Shown here: positions 56,061 through 64,000 of the stretch, piece by piece
Numbering within the stretch: the stretch's first letter is position 1
Layout of the letters: every line of letters starts with the position of its first letter
DNA from: a bacterium
GTDB taxonomy: Bacteria; Patescibacteriota; Patescibacteriia; Magasanikbacterales; GWA2-37-8
Reading direction: 5' to 3'
DNA length: 64,000 nucleotides
NCBI GenBank assembly: GCA_043821725.1
Contig: JBDRCM010000006.1
Location: 38,287 to 102,286, forward strand
Program-made: the position numbers and the translations under genes
Notes under the pieces: generated by a model
The model's database searches: none
What the model was told of the DNA's origin: nothing
Seen by the model: only the letters and a program-made list of their open reading frames with translations

Positions 56061-58385
56061 ATGCAAAATACCCACATAATCAAAATGCTGGAAACAGCGC
56101 AATACGCAACATTAATAGCAACAATAATAGCGGTTCCCCTTTTAATTGATAGATCTCTTATAAATTATTTTGTCTTAATCAAGCAATATTTGTTTGTAAG
56201 CTTAATTCTGCTCAACTTGATTTTATTTAGCATTAAAACGATAATATCTCGCCAGCTGAATTACTCCCAATCACTTTTAGATGTTCCGCTCGCGCTTTTG
56301 CTTGGATTTATGTTTCTGTCATCAATATTTTCTTCTAATCAGCAAACCAGCTTTCTTGGAAGGAACGATATTTTTTTGATGAATTTTACTTTTTTCGCGT
56401 TCTTAATAATTTTTTATATTATCGTCGTAAACTGCATTTCAAATTATGAAAAGTGGAAAACAGCCATAATGATATTGGCCGGAGTAGGTGGCATAAGCGC
56501 CTTGTCATTTATACTTACATCTTTTTTCAAATTTCAAATTCCATATATCAATTCAACTTTAAACATTGTGTCTGCCTCAATTACCGGATTTGGAATATGG
56601 CTTGTAGCGATTTTTTTAATCTGCGCCGGACAAATCTTAAAAAAGAACACAAAAATCAACTCAACCGTTTATTACTGGATAGTTATGGCTCTATGCGGAT
56701 GGGGAATTATTCTTATCAGCTATAACGTGCTTTGGTGGCTCCTATTAATTGGAACGTTAATAATATTGCTTATTGGCATAAGCTTTATTAAAGAGGTCAG
56801 AATGTATTTTCTTTCGTTTTTATTCGCCTTAATGGTAGCTGTAGTAATTTTCATTATTATGGGAAGCCCAAAATCACTGCAAGCAAACCTGCCTCTGGAA
56901 ATGTCTCTTGGATTTAAGCCGTCATGGTCAATAACAAGCGAGTCAATATTTGACAATGCTAAAAATTTCATTCTTGGAAGCGGTCCGGGTTCTTTTAGCG
57001 CTGATTTTTCAAAATTTCGCACAACAGAATTCAACTATAACCAACTGGCGTGGTCTTTGCGCTTTAGCCAGCCATTTAATACATACCTCGCGATTTTAAG
57101 CGAGCATGGAATAGCAACCGGCTTGGCATTTGTGCTTGTTATTTTGCTTGCCATTGGCTCTATTTTTAATTCAAACAGGAAAAAAAGATTTGGATTGGAA
57201 AATTTTGCCATTATGACCGACAAAACCAACCAAGCCAGCCAGATTGATATTTATCTTCTGCTTTCGGTTTTCCTTATTTTGCTTGGCGGAATGACAATCA
57301 ACTTTTTCAGCCCAAGTTTATGGATGATGTGGTGGCTATTACTTGGATTGCTCATTTCAGGTCTGCACTTAAATGGAAACAAGATCATTAAATCCAGATC
57401 ACTTGTCTTGCAAAATGTTCCTCAATATAATTTAGCTTTTTCTTTCAGCATAATAGTAATAACAGGACTTGTAATAATGCTCGGAATTCTTGGAACAAGA
57501 TTTTATCTTGCTGAATTCGCGTATGCTCAAGCCGTGCATGAAACAGAATATCCTAAAATTGACGCCAAACTGCAAAAAGCAATCAGCTTAAGATCCAACT
57601 ATGATTCCTATCATATGGCTCAAGCCAGAAGCTATTTAAATCAAGCGGCTAATGATGCAAAGCAAGGAGCCAAAGAGGAAGATATTGCCGCGCTGGTTGC
57701 GTCAGCTGTAAATGAAGCTAAAAGAGCAACTGAGCTATCTCCTAATACAGTATCAGCTTGGGAAAACTTGGCCACAATGTATGAAAACGCATCAATGCTT
57801 GTTCCTGAAGCAAATGAATGGGCTGTTAAATCATTAGAAAAAGCAATTGAACTTGAACCAACAAACGCGATGTTGCACTGGCAGTTGGCAAATAATTATT
57901 ATTTTGCGAATAATTTACCCAAAGCTGAAACAAATTTTAAAAAAGCCATTGATTTAAAAAACGATTACTTGCAGGCATATTTGGGATTGGCCCAGGTTTA
58001 TGAAGCCAATAATAAAATAGATGAAGCAATAAATACACTTGACTTAATAACCCGCAACAGTCCGAGAGACACAGGCGTTCTATTCAACTATGGCCGTCTG
58101 TTATATAACCGCAATCGCGCGGGTGATCGCGTTAAAGCAGAGCGCTTGTGGCTATTAGTAATACAAGACCAGCCAAAATATTCCAATGCACTCTACAGCT
58201 TGGGACTTCTCTATGAAACACAAGGCGAAAAGCAAAAGGCATTATATTATTACTACAAAGTCAGGGATTTGAATCCAACAAATCAAGAAATTAAAAAAAA
58301 GATAGACAATCTAAACTATGTTGTAAAGCCAGCTCCAGTTTTTCCGACCAGCACAAGCACTACCTCCAGTTTTGGCAATAATTAA
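56061..58385 (+). CDS. O-antigen ligase/polymerase-like (Wzy_C) polytopic membrane protein fused to C-terminal TPR repeats
   Basis: About 12 TM helices, with an extracellular loop carrying the GSGPGSF motif. The C-terminal ~270 aa contain TPR-like repeats (AWENLATMYENAS, AMLHWQLANNYYFANNLPKAETNFKKAIDL, AYLGLAQVYEANNKIDEA). Confidence 0.55.
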   Translation: MQNTHIIKMLETAQYATLIATIIAVPLLIDRSLINYFVLIKQYLFVSLILLNLILFSIKTIISRQLNYSQSLLDVPLALLLGFMFLSSIFSSNQQTSFLGRNDIFLMNFTFFAFLIIFYIIVVNCISNYEKWKTAIMILAGVGGISALSFILTSFFKFQIPYINSTLNIVSASITGFGIWLVAIFLICAGQILKKNTKINSTVYYWIVMALCGWGIILISYNVLWWLLLIGTLIILLIGISFIKEVRMYFLSFLFALMVAVVIFIIMGSPKSLQANLPLEMSLGFKPSWSITSESIFDNAKNFILGSGPGSFSADFSKFRTTEFNYNQLAWSLRFSQPFNTYLAILSEHGIATGLAFVLVILLAIGSIFNSNRKKRFGLENFAIMTDKTNQASQIDIYLLLSVFLILLGGMTINFFSPSLWMMWWLLLGLLISGLHLNGNKIIKSRSLVLQNVPQYNLAFSFSIIVITGLVIMLGILGTRFYLAEFAYAQAVHETEYPKIDAKLQKAISLRSNYDSYHMAQARSYLNQAANDAKQGAKEEDIAALVASAVNEAKRATELSPNTVSAWENLATMYENASMLVPEANEWAVKSLEKAIELEPTNAMLHWQLANNYYFANNLPKAETNFKKAIDLKNDYLQAYLGLAQVYEANNKIDEAINTLDLITRNSPRDTGVLFNYGRLLYNRNRAGDRVKAERLWLLVIQDQPKYSNALYSLGLLYETQGEKQKALYYYYKVRDLNPTNQEIKKKIDNLNYVVKPAPVFPTSTSTTSSFGNN

Positions 58386-58407
58386 TCTCTTTCGCACTAA
58401 GATCCTT

Positions 58408-59097
58408 ATGACAACAGAATTGATTGTCAGAAAAAAAGCAAGCAAAAAAATATTTAAAAATAACGTTGTAATTTATCCTTTTTCAACGGTTTTTTTGTGT
58501 TTGCTCATCTGTCTTGTTTTTGTTCAACCGGTTTTTTGCTTAATGTCATCAACAAATTACACCATATTTGCAGATGATTTTCATTCTGGATTGGTTGCTA
58601 CTTCAACAAATTATCGACTAGAAGGCACTGCTGGTGAATCGCCTGTGGGATCAACCACTGGAGCAACTTACCAAATATTAGGAGGTTATCAATCAATGGA
58701 CAGATCGTCATTGAGCATGTCCATAACCGACTCATCAATAAATCTGGGGGACTTGAGCACAACTGCTGTGAGCTCTGCAAATACCACTGTAACCATTACA
58801 ACTGATTCTTCAAGCGGATACACTCTTTCAATTTCAAATGTTTCAGGAAGTACGATCACATCTGTTGCTGATGGAGCTGTAACAGCCGGACAAACAGAAT
58901 ATGGCTTTTCAGCAAGCGGTAGTCAGTCAATTATTTCCGGAGATGTTTCTGTTTCAGCAAAAGACATATCAACGGCTGTAGCGGCAATTACAAACAGTCA
59001 AACCGTGCTATCTTTTAAGGCATCAGTTGCTTCTTTGGGATCAAGCAGGCAAACATATCAGCAAACAATTACTCTATCGGCCAGCAATAATTTGTGA
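58408..59097 (+). CDS. secreted Ser/Thr-rich hypothetical protein
   Basis: Signal/TM FSTVFLCLLICLVFVQPVFC is followed by a beta-rich S/T/G-rich region. The start is uncertain (58372 or 58408). Confidence 0.4.
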   Translation: MTTELIVRKKASKKIFKNNVVIYPFSTVFLCLLICLVFVQPVFCLMSSTNYTIFADDFHSGLVATSTNYRLEGTAGESPVGSTTGATYQILGGYQSMDRSSLSMSITDSSINLGDLSTTAVSSANTTVTITTDSSSGYTLSISNVSGSTITSVADGAVTAGQTEYGFSASGSQSIISGDVSVSAKDISTAVAAITNSQTVLSFKASVASLGSSRQTYQQTITLSASNNL

Positions 59098-59984
59098 AAA
59101 AAACTGTCTTACAAATCTCTATCATAATAATCTCGCTGATTGCTCTCGTTAATAACGCGAGCGCTTTTAGCATAACTCCAAGCAAGCTGGGAATATCAAT
59201 AGATCCCGGACAATCAGCCAATTTCTCAATATCTTTGGAAAATACTGAAAAATCCGATCTTGTATTTGAAACAAAAATTTTAAGCGTAAGGCAAAATAAT
59301 GCCGGACGACCTGAATTTCTATCAAATTTTTCAAATACTGAAAAATGGGTGGCTTCTTTAACAAAAAATGAAGTTGTGAAAGCCAATAAGCAAGCGGAAT
59401 TTGATTTTAACTTATCAGTGCCAATTAAAACAGCGCCAGGCACATATTATATTGGAATGGCTTTCCAACCAATGCCAACAGCACAAGCAGACATGGGAAT
59501 TACTCCTCAATTGGTGACTATTTTAGAAGTAAAAGTAAGTGGAACTGCTTATGAAAATCTTGAAATCACAAAATGGGAGTTAAATAAGGGAATTTCAGGA
59601 AAAAATAATTGGGAATTTTGGCTAAATCTTAACAATGCAAGCAATGTTGAAATTTTTGCAAGCTCCACTGTTTCAATCCAAAAGAAAAAAGGGCAGGAAA
59701 TATTTTCCTCTGCAATCAATCTTGGAGGAGTAATTCTGCCGGAAACAGTCAGATTCTTAAAACCTTCAGTTATACTACCGGATAGCATCAATAAATGGCC
59801 GGCAATATATGTTGCTAAAATAAAAATTGAATATGGAAAAACCAGACAAACAATAGAATCTCAAACCGCAATTATTGTCTTGCCGGCGTGGTTTAAAATT
59901 TTAATTATCCTGTTGCTTGTTATTACTTTTTGTATCATTTTTTGGCGCATTTTTCTTAGAAAGAAAATTAACAAGAATAACTAA
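59094..59984 (+). CDS. cell-surface protein with N-terminal signal peptide and C-terminal TM anchor
   Basis: Signal MKKTVLQISIIIISLIALVNNASA, a ~230-aa beta-rich ectodomain, then a C-terminal helix WFKILIILLLVITFCIIFW and a basic tail RKKINKNN. The topology resembles DUF916/DUF3324-type surface proteins. Confidence 0.4.
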   Translation: MKKTVLQISIIIISLIALVNNASAFSITPSKLGISIDPGQSANFSISLENTEKSDLVFETKILSVRQNNAGRPEFLSNFSNTEKWVASLTKNEVVKANKQAEFDFNLSVPIKTAPGTYYIGMAFQPMPTAQADMGITPQLVTILEVKVSGTAYENLEITKWELNKGISGKNNWEFWLNLNNASNVEIFASSTVSIQKKKGQEIFSSAINLGGVILPETVRFLKPSVILPDSINKWPAIYVAKIKIEYGKTRQTIESQTAIIVLPAWFKILIILLLVITFCIIFWRIFLRKKINKNN

Positions 59985-60010
59985 AGGATACAAAACATTC
60001 TTATCCACAC

Positions 60011-60035
60011 ATCTCGCTAAAAAACGAGATTTTTT
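60011..60035 (+). terminator. intrinsic terminator after the 59094..59984 gene
   Basis: ATCTCG-CTAAAAAA-CGAGAT followed by TTTTTT. Confidence 0.5.
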
Positions 60036-60045
60036 AATAAAAAAA

Positions 60046-60054
60046 TGGTATAAT
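60046..60054 (+). promoter_or_regulatory. extended -10 promoter element (TGGTATAAT) upstream of the giant surface-protein gene
   Basis: TG-n-TATAAT at 60046..60054, 34 nt upstream of the ATG at 60088. Confidence 0.4.
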
Positions 60055-60087
60055 ACATAAAATTTAATTCAAAGCGACCAAACAACG

Positions 60088-63000
60088 ATGAGAAATACCC
60101 GATTGCAAGAAAGTAGGATTTCAAAACCTCAAATTTTTGGTATTTTGAGTTTGTTTTTGTGTACAATTTTTGTTATTTTTGCCATTGCTTTTGTGCAAGC
60201 ACAAAGAGCTGAAGCAGCTATCCCCCCAGGCCTAATTACATATCAAGGAAAACTGTTGGACAATGGCTCTCTTGCCACCACCACTAAGAGCGCAACATTT
60301 ACTTTGCACGACGCTCTAACAGGAGGCAACACTCTGCACACAACTGCGACAAGCGTTGTGCCTTCTGACGGATTATTTTCAATTGATATTTCAGCGACAT
60401 CAACAATCTTTAGAGATAATTCAGCTGTATATTTGCAGGTACAAATTGATGGCGAAACATTAAGCCCTCGTAAGCGCATTACTGCCTCTCCATATTCTTT
60501 TAACTCGCGTTATCTTGATGGAGTGGCACCTGACACGGTTTCCACTTCGCAATATATTCCTCTTTCAGATACCAATGGATTTTTTACATTTACTAGCGCC
60601 ACCATTACAACAGCCACTGTGAGCAATCTTACTGTAAGCGGGCAGATGACAATGAGCAATGTGAGTACAACTAATTTAACAGTTTCAGGAAATCTTGCAG
60701 TAAGCGGCACAACTACTTTGGCAACAACCACAATAACAAGTTCAACAATCACAAACTTAATTGTGGGAACTTCAATCCAGCTTCCAAATGATTCAATTGA
60801 CGTTGACGCAATGGCGCCGAATTCAGTTGGTTCGTCAGAGCTCATATCATCAGGCGTTGTTGCTGAAATTTACGGCTCATCAACTCATTCCGGAAGAATT
60901 ACAGTTGATGAGGACGGAAGAATCACTTCAGCATCTTCGCAATTGATTTCCATAAATGCCAACCAAGTGAGCGCCGGAATATTGGCAACAGCAAGAGGCG
61001 GAACAGGCACTTCAACGCTTGGATCCAATGGCTCAATGGTTTATTCCAACGGTACAACTTACTCTTTTGTATCTCCGGGAACATCCGGACAAATCTTGCT
61101 ATCAAACGGCGCTGCATCACCCAGCTGGACAAACACTTCCACTCTAGGTCTTGCAGCTGCTTCTCATGATCATGACAGCGCTTATGTAAATGTAAGCGGT
61201 GATATAATGACCGGCGCGTTAAGCATAAACAACACTTTGGGAGTATCAGGCACAACTACTTTGGCAACCAGTTCAGGCCGAGTCGGAATAGGTACTACCT
61301 CCCCAAGCTCAAGCTTGCATATAAACGAAGGCGGATTATTAATAACAGGCACGACTGGCGCCACTCCTGTTTCAGGAGCAGGAACGCGGTTGATGTGGAT
61401 ACCTGCTAAAAGCGCGTTTAGAGCAGGAATAGTAACGGGTGCTCAATGGGATGATGCAAATATTGGAAACTATTCGATGGCTTTTGGTTATGATTCAATG
61501 GCAACAGGCACTCAGACTTATGCTTTTGGTAGTGAAGCTGTTGCAGGAGGTGAAGCATCATATGCTTTTGGACCAAACGCGGTTGTAAATGGCGCCGGTT
61601 CATTTGCAATTGGACAGTCAGCAAATGTAACGGGTTATAATTCTTATGCGATTGGACGTGAAGGAACAGTAAACGGCAATTATTCACAACTATTTACATT
61701 AAATTCAGCCGGCCATACTCTTTCTGATTCAAATACATTATCCATTATGGGTGGGGAAGTCGGAATAGGTACTACAACGCCCATAGCTGAATTGGATATA
61801 TATGGAAACATAGCTTTAACAGGAGGATCGCCTAGATACATCAATTTTAATACCTCAACAGGATCCGATGGATATGGCTTAAGAGATAACAGCGGAACAA
61901 TGCAATATAAAAATCTAAGCGGCAGCTGGCTTAATTTAAGCAATGCCGGTTCATATTGGACTTTGAACGGATCAGATATTTACTACAACAACGGAAATGT
62001 GGGCATCGGCACAACCACCCCATCATACTTATTAGATGTTGCAGGCGATGTCCGCATAGGCACATCAACTTCTTCCACAATAATAATACGCGGATTGGTT
62101 GGCTCTGATATTATACCTACAACCGACGCCACCTACGCCCTAGGTTCATCTGCTTTACGCTGGTCAAATGTTTATTCTGCAACAGGCACATTTGGCAATT
62201 CCACAATAATCGGCACCAATAGCATTACCGCTGACACAGATTCACTATGGAGCACCACGAACAGCTCTAATTTATCAATAATGAGCTCAGCTAATTTAAC
62301 AATATCATCACAAGGAGAGATGATGTTTGGAACGCAAGGAAGTGAAAAAATGAGAATAGCTTCATCTACAGGTTATGTTGGAATAAATAATACAGATCCA
62401 CAACAGCTTTTACATATTAGCGGAGTTACACCGGCAATACTGGTGCAAACAACTAACAGTACCACTGACTCCAGCATCAATTTCGCGGACACCGAAGGCG
62501 GAGACACATGGCAAATAGGAAAGAAAGGATCAAACGACGGAGGTGTAAATAACTATTTGTTTTTCTCCTATGCCGGAGAAAAAGTGGTTGTAAATCCTGA
62601 CGGGCAAATGGGAATAGGCACTTTAGCTCCGCAAACCCTTTTGCATTTAAGCGAGGAGGATGGAGGAGGAGCTGACTCTTCAGCACCCTTAACGCTTTTA
62701 ACTCTCACGCATACGGCTGCTTCCACTTCATCCGCTGGCATTGGGGCTCAAATAAATTTTGAACTTGAACATGAGGGAGGCGCAACTGTGACAGGAGCGG
62801 CAATAACCGGAGAACTATCAGATGCAAGCTCTACTGTGCCTTTAGGCGCATTATTATTTAAAACCAACGATGCAAATCCAATGCTTGGATTACAGGAAAG
62901 AGCTAGAATAAATTCTAATGGATATATGGGTATAGGCACTGATGATCCTGGCGCGCGTCTTCAAATAGAGAATCAAGACGTATCAAACGCGCAATTAAGA

Positions 63001-64000
63001 ATATCACAAAATGCTTCCAATTATGTTGACTTTAAAATGAGCACAACTTCGCTATACATCAATACTTCAGTACCGACCACTACTTTAAACAGCGTATATT
63101 TCTATCTAACTAACAACACAAACACATCAACTTTGGTGATTGAAAGTAATGTTGACAGCGGCCCGTTCGGCTCGGAAATCCGTCTAATAGACAACCACAG
63201 TGAGGGATGGAGAATATTCAGTGATTCACAAGACCATCACTTATTTTTTAGAAATCAAAATCAAACAGTCACTACCACGCTATTTTTAGATAATAATACA
63301 GGATATGTAGGTATTGGAGCGGCATCAGCTTCTTCATCACTATTTGTCAACGGACTTGCTGGAGGCACAGATACATGGTACTCATCTTCTGACATGCGCC
63401 TTAAAACCAATGTTGTATCAATTGAAAATGCTTTGGAAAAAGTTAAACAGTTGCGTGGAGTACAATTTGATTGGATTGATGACACAAATAGATCCAAAGG
63501 AAAACAAATTGGCTTTATTGCACAAGAAACCTTGCCGATTGTACCTGAAGTTGTAAATCAAATAGGAGATATGTATAGCATTAAATATGGCGCCTTAACA
63601 GCTCTGCTTGCTGAAGCGATAAAGGAACAGCAAATAAAAATTGAACAGCTGGAAGGCATGCTTACATTAAATGCTTCTTCCACAAGCGTTGGCCCAATAT
63701 CATATATTGGCGACAACATAAATCTGAATGGAAATATAATACTCAATACTGGAGGAATTATTGGATTTAATAATGCCTGGCAAATTGATACGTCAGGAAA
63801 TTTAATCCGCCGTCTGGCTACTAACAAAGGAGTAAAAGAGGTTTATGGATTGCAATCAACATCAAAAAGCGAAATCGTCATATCTGGAACCAGCCAACTT
63901 CAAGGCGGACAAAAGAAAATTAAACTTGATGATTTGGACGTTGAAATTATAGATACAAGCATTCCTTTAAAAGTGAGTATTACCATGGCAGGACCTTCGG
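60088..64000 (+). CDS. giant fibrous surface protein (>1304 aa, 3' end beyond window): signal anchor, long Thr/Ser/Gly-rich beta-repeat shaft with recurring VGIGTTTP motifs, and a phage-tail-fibre/endosialidase-type intramolecular chaperone (peptidase S74-like) domain
   Basis: Manual translation of frame 1 from the ATG at 60088 finds no stop through 64000; it is absent from the ORF track only because it is open-ended. The N-terminus is MRNTRLQESRISKPQIFGILSLFLCTIFVIFAIAFVQA. Repeats include GRVGIGTTSPSSSLH, GEVGIGTTTPIAELD, GNVGIGTTTPSYLLD and GQMGIGTLAPQTLLH. Residues ~1100-1190 (63395..63660) read SSDMRLKTNVVSIENALEKVKQLRGVQFDWIDDTNRSKGKQIGFIAQETLPIVPEVV...YSIKYGALTALLAEAIKEQQIKIEQLEG. This matches the S-D-x-R-x-K...G.IAQE...Y.....L..E.IKEL pattern of the S74 auto-processing chaperone domain. 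Confidence 0.7.
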   Translation, partial: MRNTRLQESRISKPQIFGILSLFLCTIFVIFAIAFVQAQRAEAAIPPGLITYQGKLLDNGSLATTTKSATFTLHDALTGGNTLHTTATSVVPSDGLFSIDISATSTIFRDNSAVYLQVQIDGETLSPRKRITASPYSFNSRYLDGVAPDTVSTSQYIPLSDTNGFFTFTSATITTATVSNLTVSGQMTMSNVSTTNLTVSGNLAVSGTTTLATTTITSSTITNLIVGTSIQLPNDSIDVDAMAPNSVGSSELISSGVVAEIYGSSTHSGRITVDEDGRITSASSQLISINANQVSAGILATARGGTGTSTLGSNGSMVYSNGTTYSFVSPGTSGQILLSNGAASPSWTNTSTLGLAAASHDHDSAYVNVSGDIMTGALSINNTLGVSGTTTLATSSGRVGIGTTSPSSSLHINEGGLLITGTTGATPVSGAGTRLMWIPAKSAFRAGIVTGAQWDDANIGNYSMAFGYDSMATGTQTYAFGSEAVAGGEASYAFGPNAVVNGAGSFAIGQSANVTGYNSYAIGREGTVNGNYSQLFTLNSAGHTLSDSNTLSIMGGEVGIGTTTPIAELDIYGNIALTGGSPRYINFNTSTGSDGYGLRDNSGTMQYKNLSGSWLNLSNAGSYWTLNGSDIYYNNGNVGIGTTTPSYLLDVAGDVRIGTSTSSTIIIRGLVGSDIIPTTDATYALGSSALRWSNVYSATGTFGNSTIIGTNSITADTDSLWSTTNSSNLSIMSSANLTISSQGEMMFGTQGSEKMRIASSTGYVGINNTDPQQLLHISGVTPAILVQTTNSTTDSSINFADTEGGDTWQIGKKGSNDGGVNNYLFFSYAGEKVVVNPDGQMGIGTLAPQTLLHLSEEDGGGADSSAPLTLLTLTHTAASTSSAGIGAQINFELEHEGGATVTGAAITGELSDASSTVPLGALLFKTNDANPMLGLQERARINSNGYMGIGTDDPGARLQIENQDVSNAQLRISQNASNYVDFKMSTTSLYINTSVPTTTLNSVYFYLTNNTNTSTLVIESNVDSGPFGSEIRLIDNHSEGWRIFSDSQDHHLFFRNQNQTVTTTLFLDNNTGYVGIGAASASSSLFVNGLAGGTDTWYSSSDMRLKTNVVSIENALEKVKQLRGVQFDWIDDTNRSKGKQIGFIAQETLPIVPEVVNQIGDMYSIKYGALTALLAEAIKEQQIKIEQLEGMLTLNASSTSVGPISYIGDNINLNGNIILNTGGIIGFNNAWQIDTSGNLIRRLATNKGVKEVYGLQSTSKSEIVISGTSQLQGGQKKIKLDDLDVEIIDTSIPLKVSITMAGPS

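Overview
This is a low-GC (about 35-38%) bacterial chromosome segment with the hallmarks of a Candidate Phyla Radiation (Patescibacteria) genome. It carries a complete S10-spc ribosomal-protein cluster on the minus strand, running rpsJ to rplO, then secY, adk and map. L30 is absent between S5 and L15, and several r-proteins carry lysine-rich or acidic extensions. The str operon (rpsL-rpsG-fusA) lies at 41.7-44.8 kb, but fusA is separated from tuf by an ~8 kb insertion. That insertion holds an acidic protein, a cation/proton antiporter, and two tandem paralogous ~866-aa secreted beta-helix proteins that share a 135-bp identical gene-conversion tract. Other core genes are pnp (partial), rpsO, gyrA, ftsH, rpsA, ruvX and rmuC. 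Four tRNAs are present: Arg-TCT, His-GTG with an encoded G-1, Arg-CCT and Ala-CGC. The window is densely populated by small non-autonomous elements: (1) six copies of a MITE with Tn3-like terminal inverted repeats GGGTCTGTCGCCAAAT and perfect 5-bp target duplications, two of them inside r-protein operons; (2) an inverted pair of a second MITE family bracketing a GH5-lipoprotein/GT2 cassette; (3) five copies of a non-TIR repeat with conserved ends ATGAACCCCTCC...GCGTTAATAAAA and covarying internal hairpins. Accessory content includes BrnT/BrnA and AbiEii/AbiEi toxin-antitoxin pairs, a GC-rich foreign-looking gene, a frameshifted TrmB regulator, a RhuM fragment, a frameshifted tandem-LamG secreted protein, and an ABC-F ATPase. 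The right end holds an O-antigen-ligase/TPR membrane protein, two secreted/anchored proteins, and a giant (>1300 aa, runs off the window) fibrous surface protein. That protein has a phage-tail-fibre-type intramolecular-chaperone (peptidase S74-like) domain, and its reading frame is open so it does not appear in the supplied ORF track.
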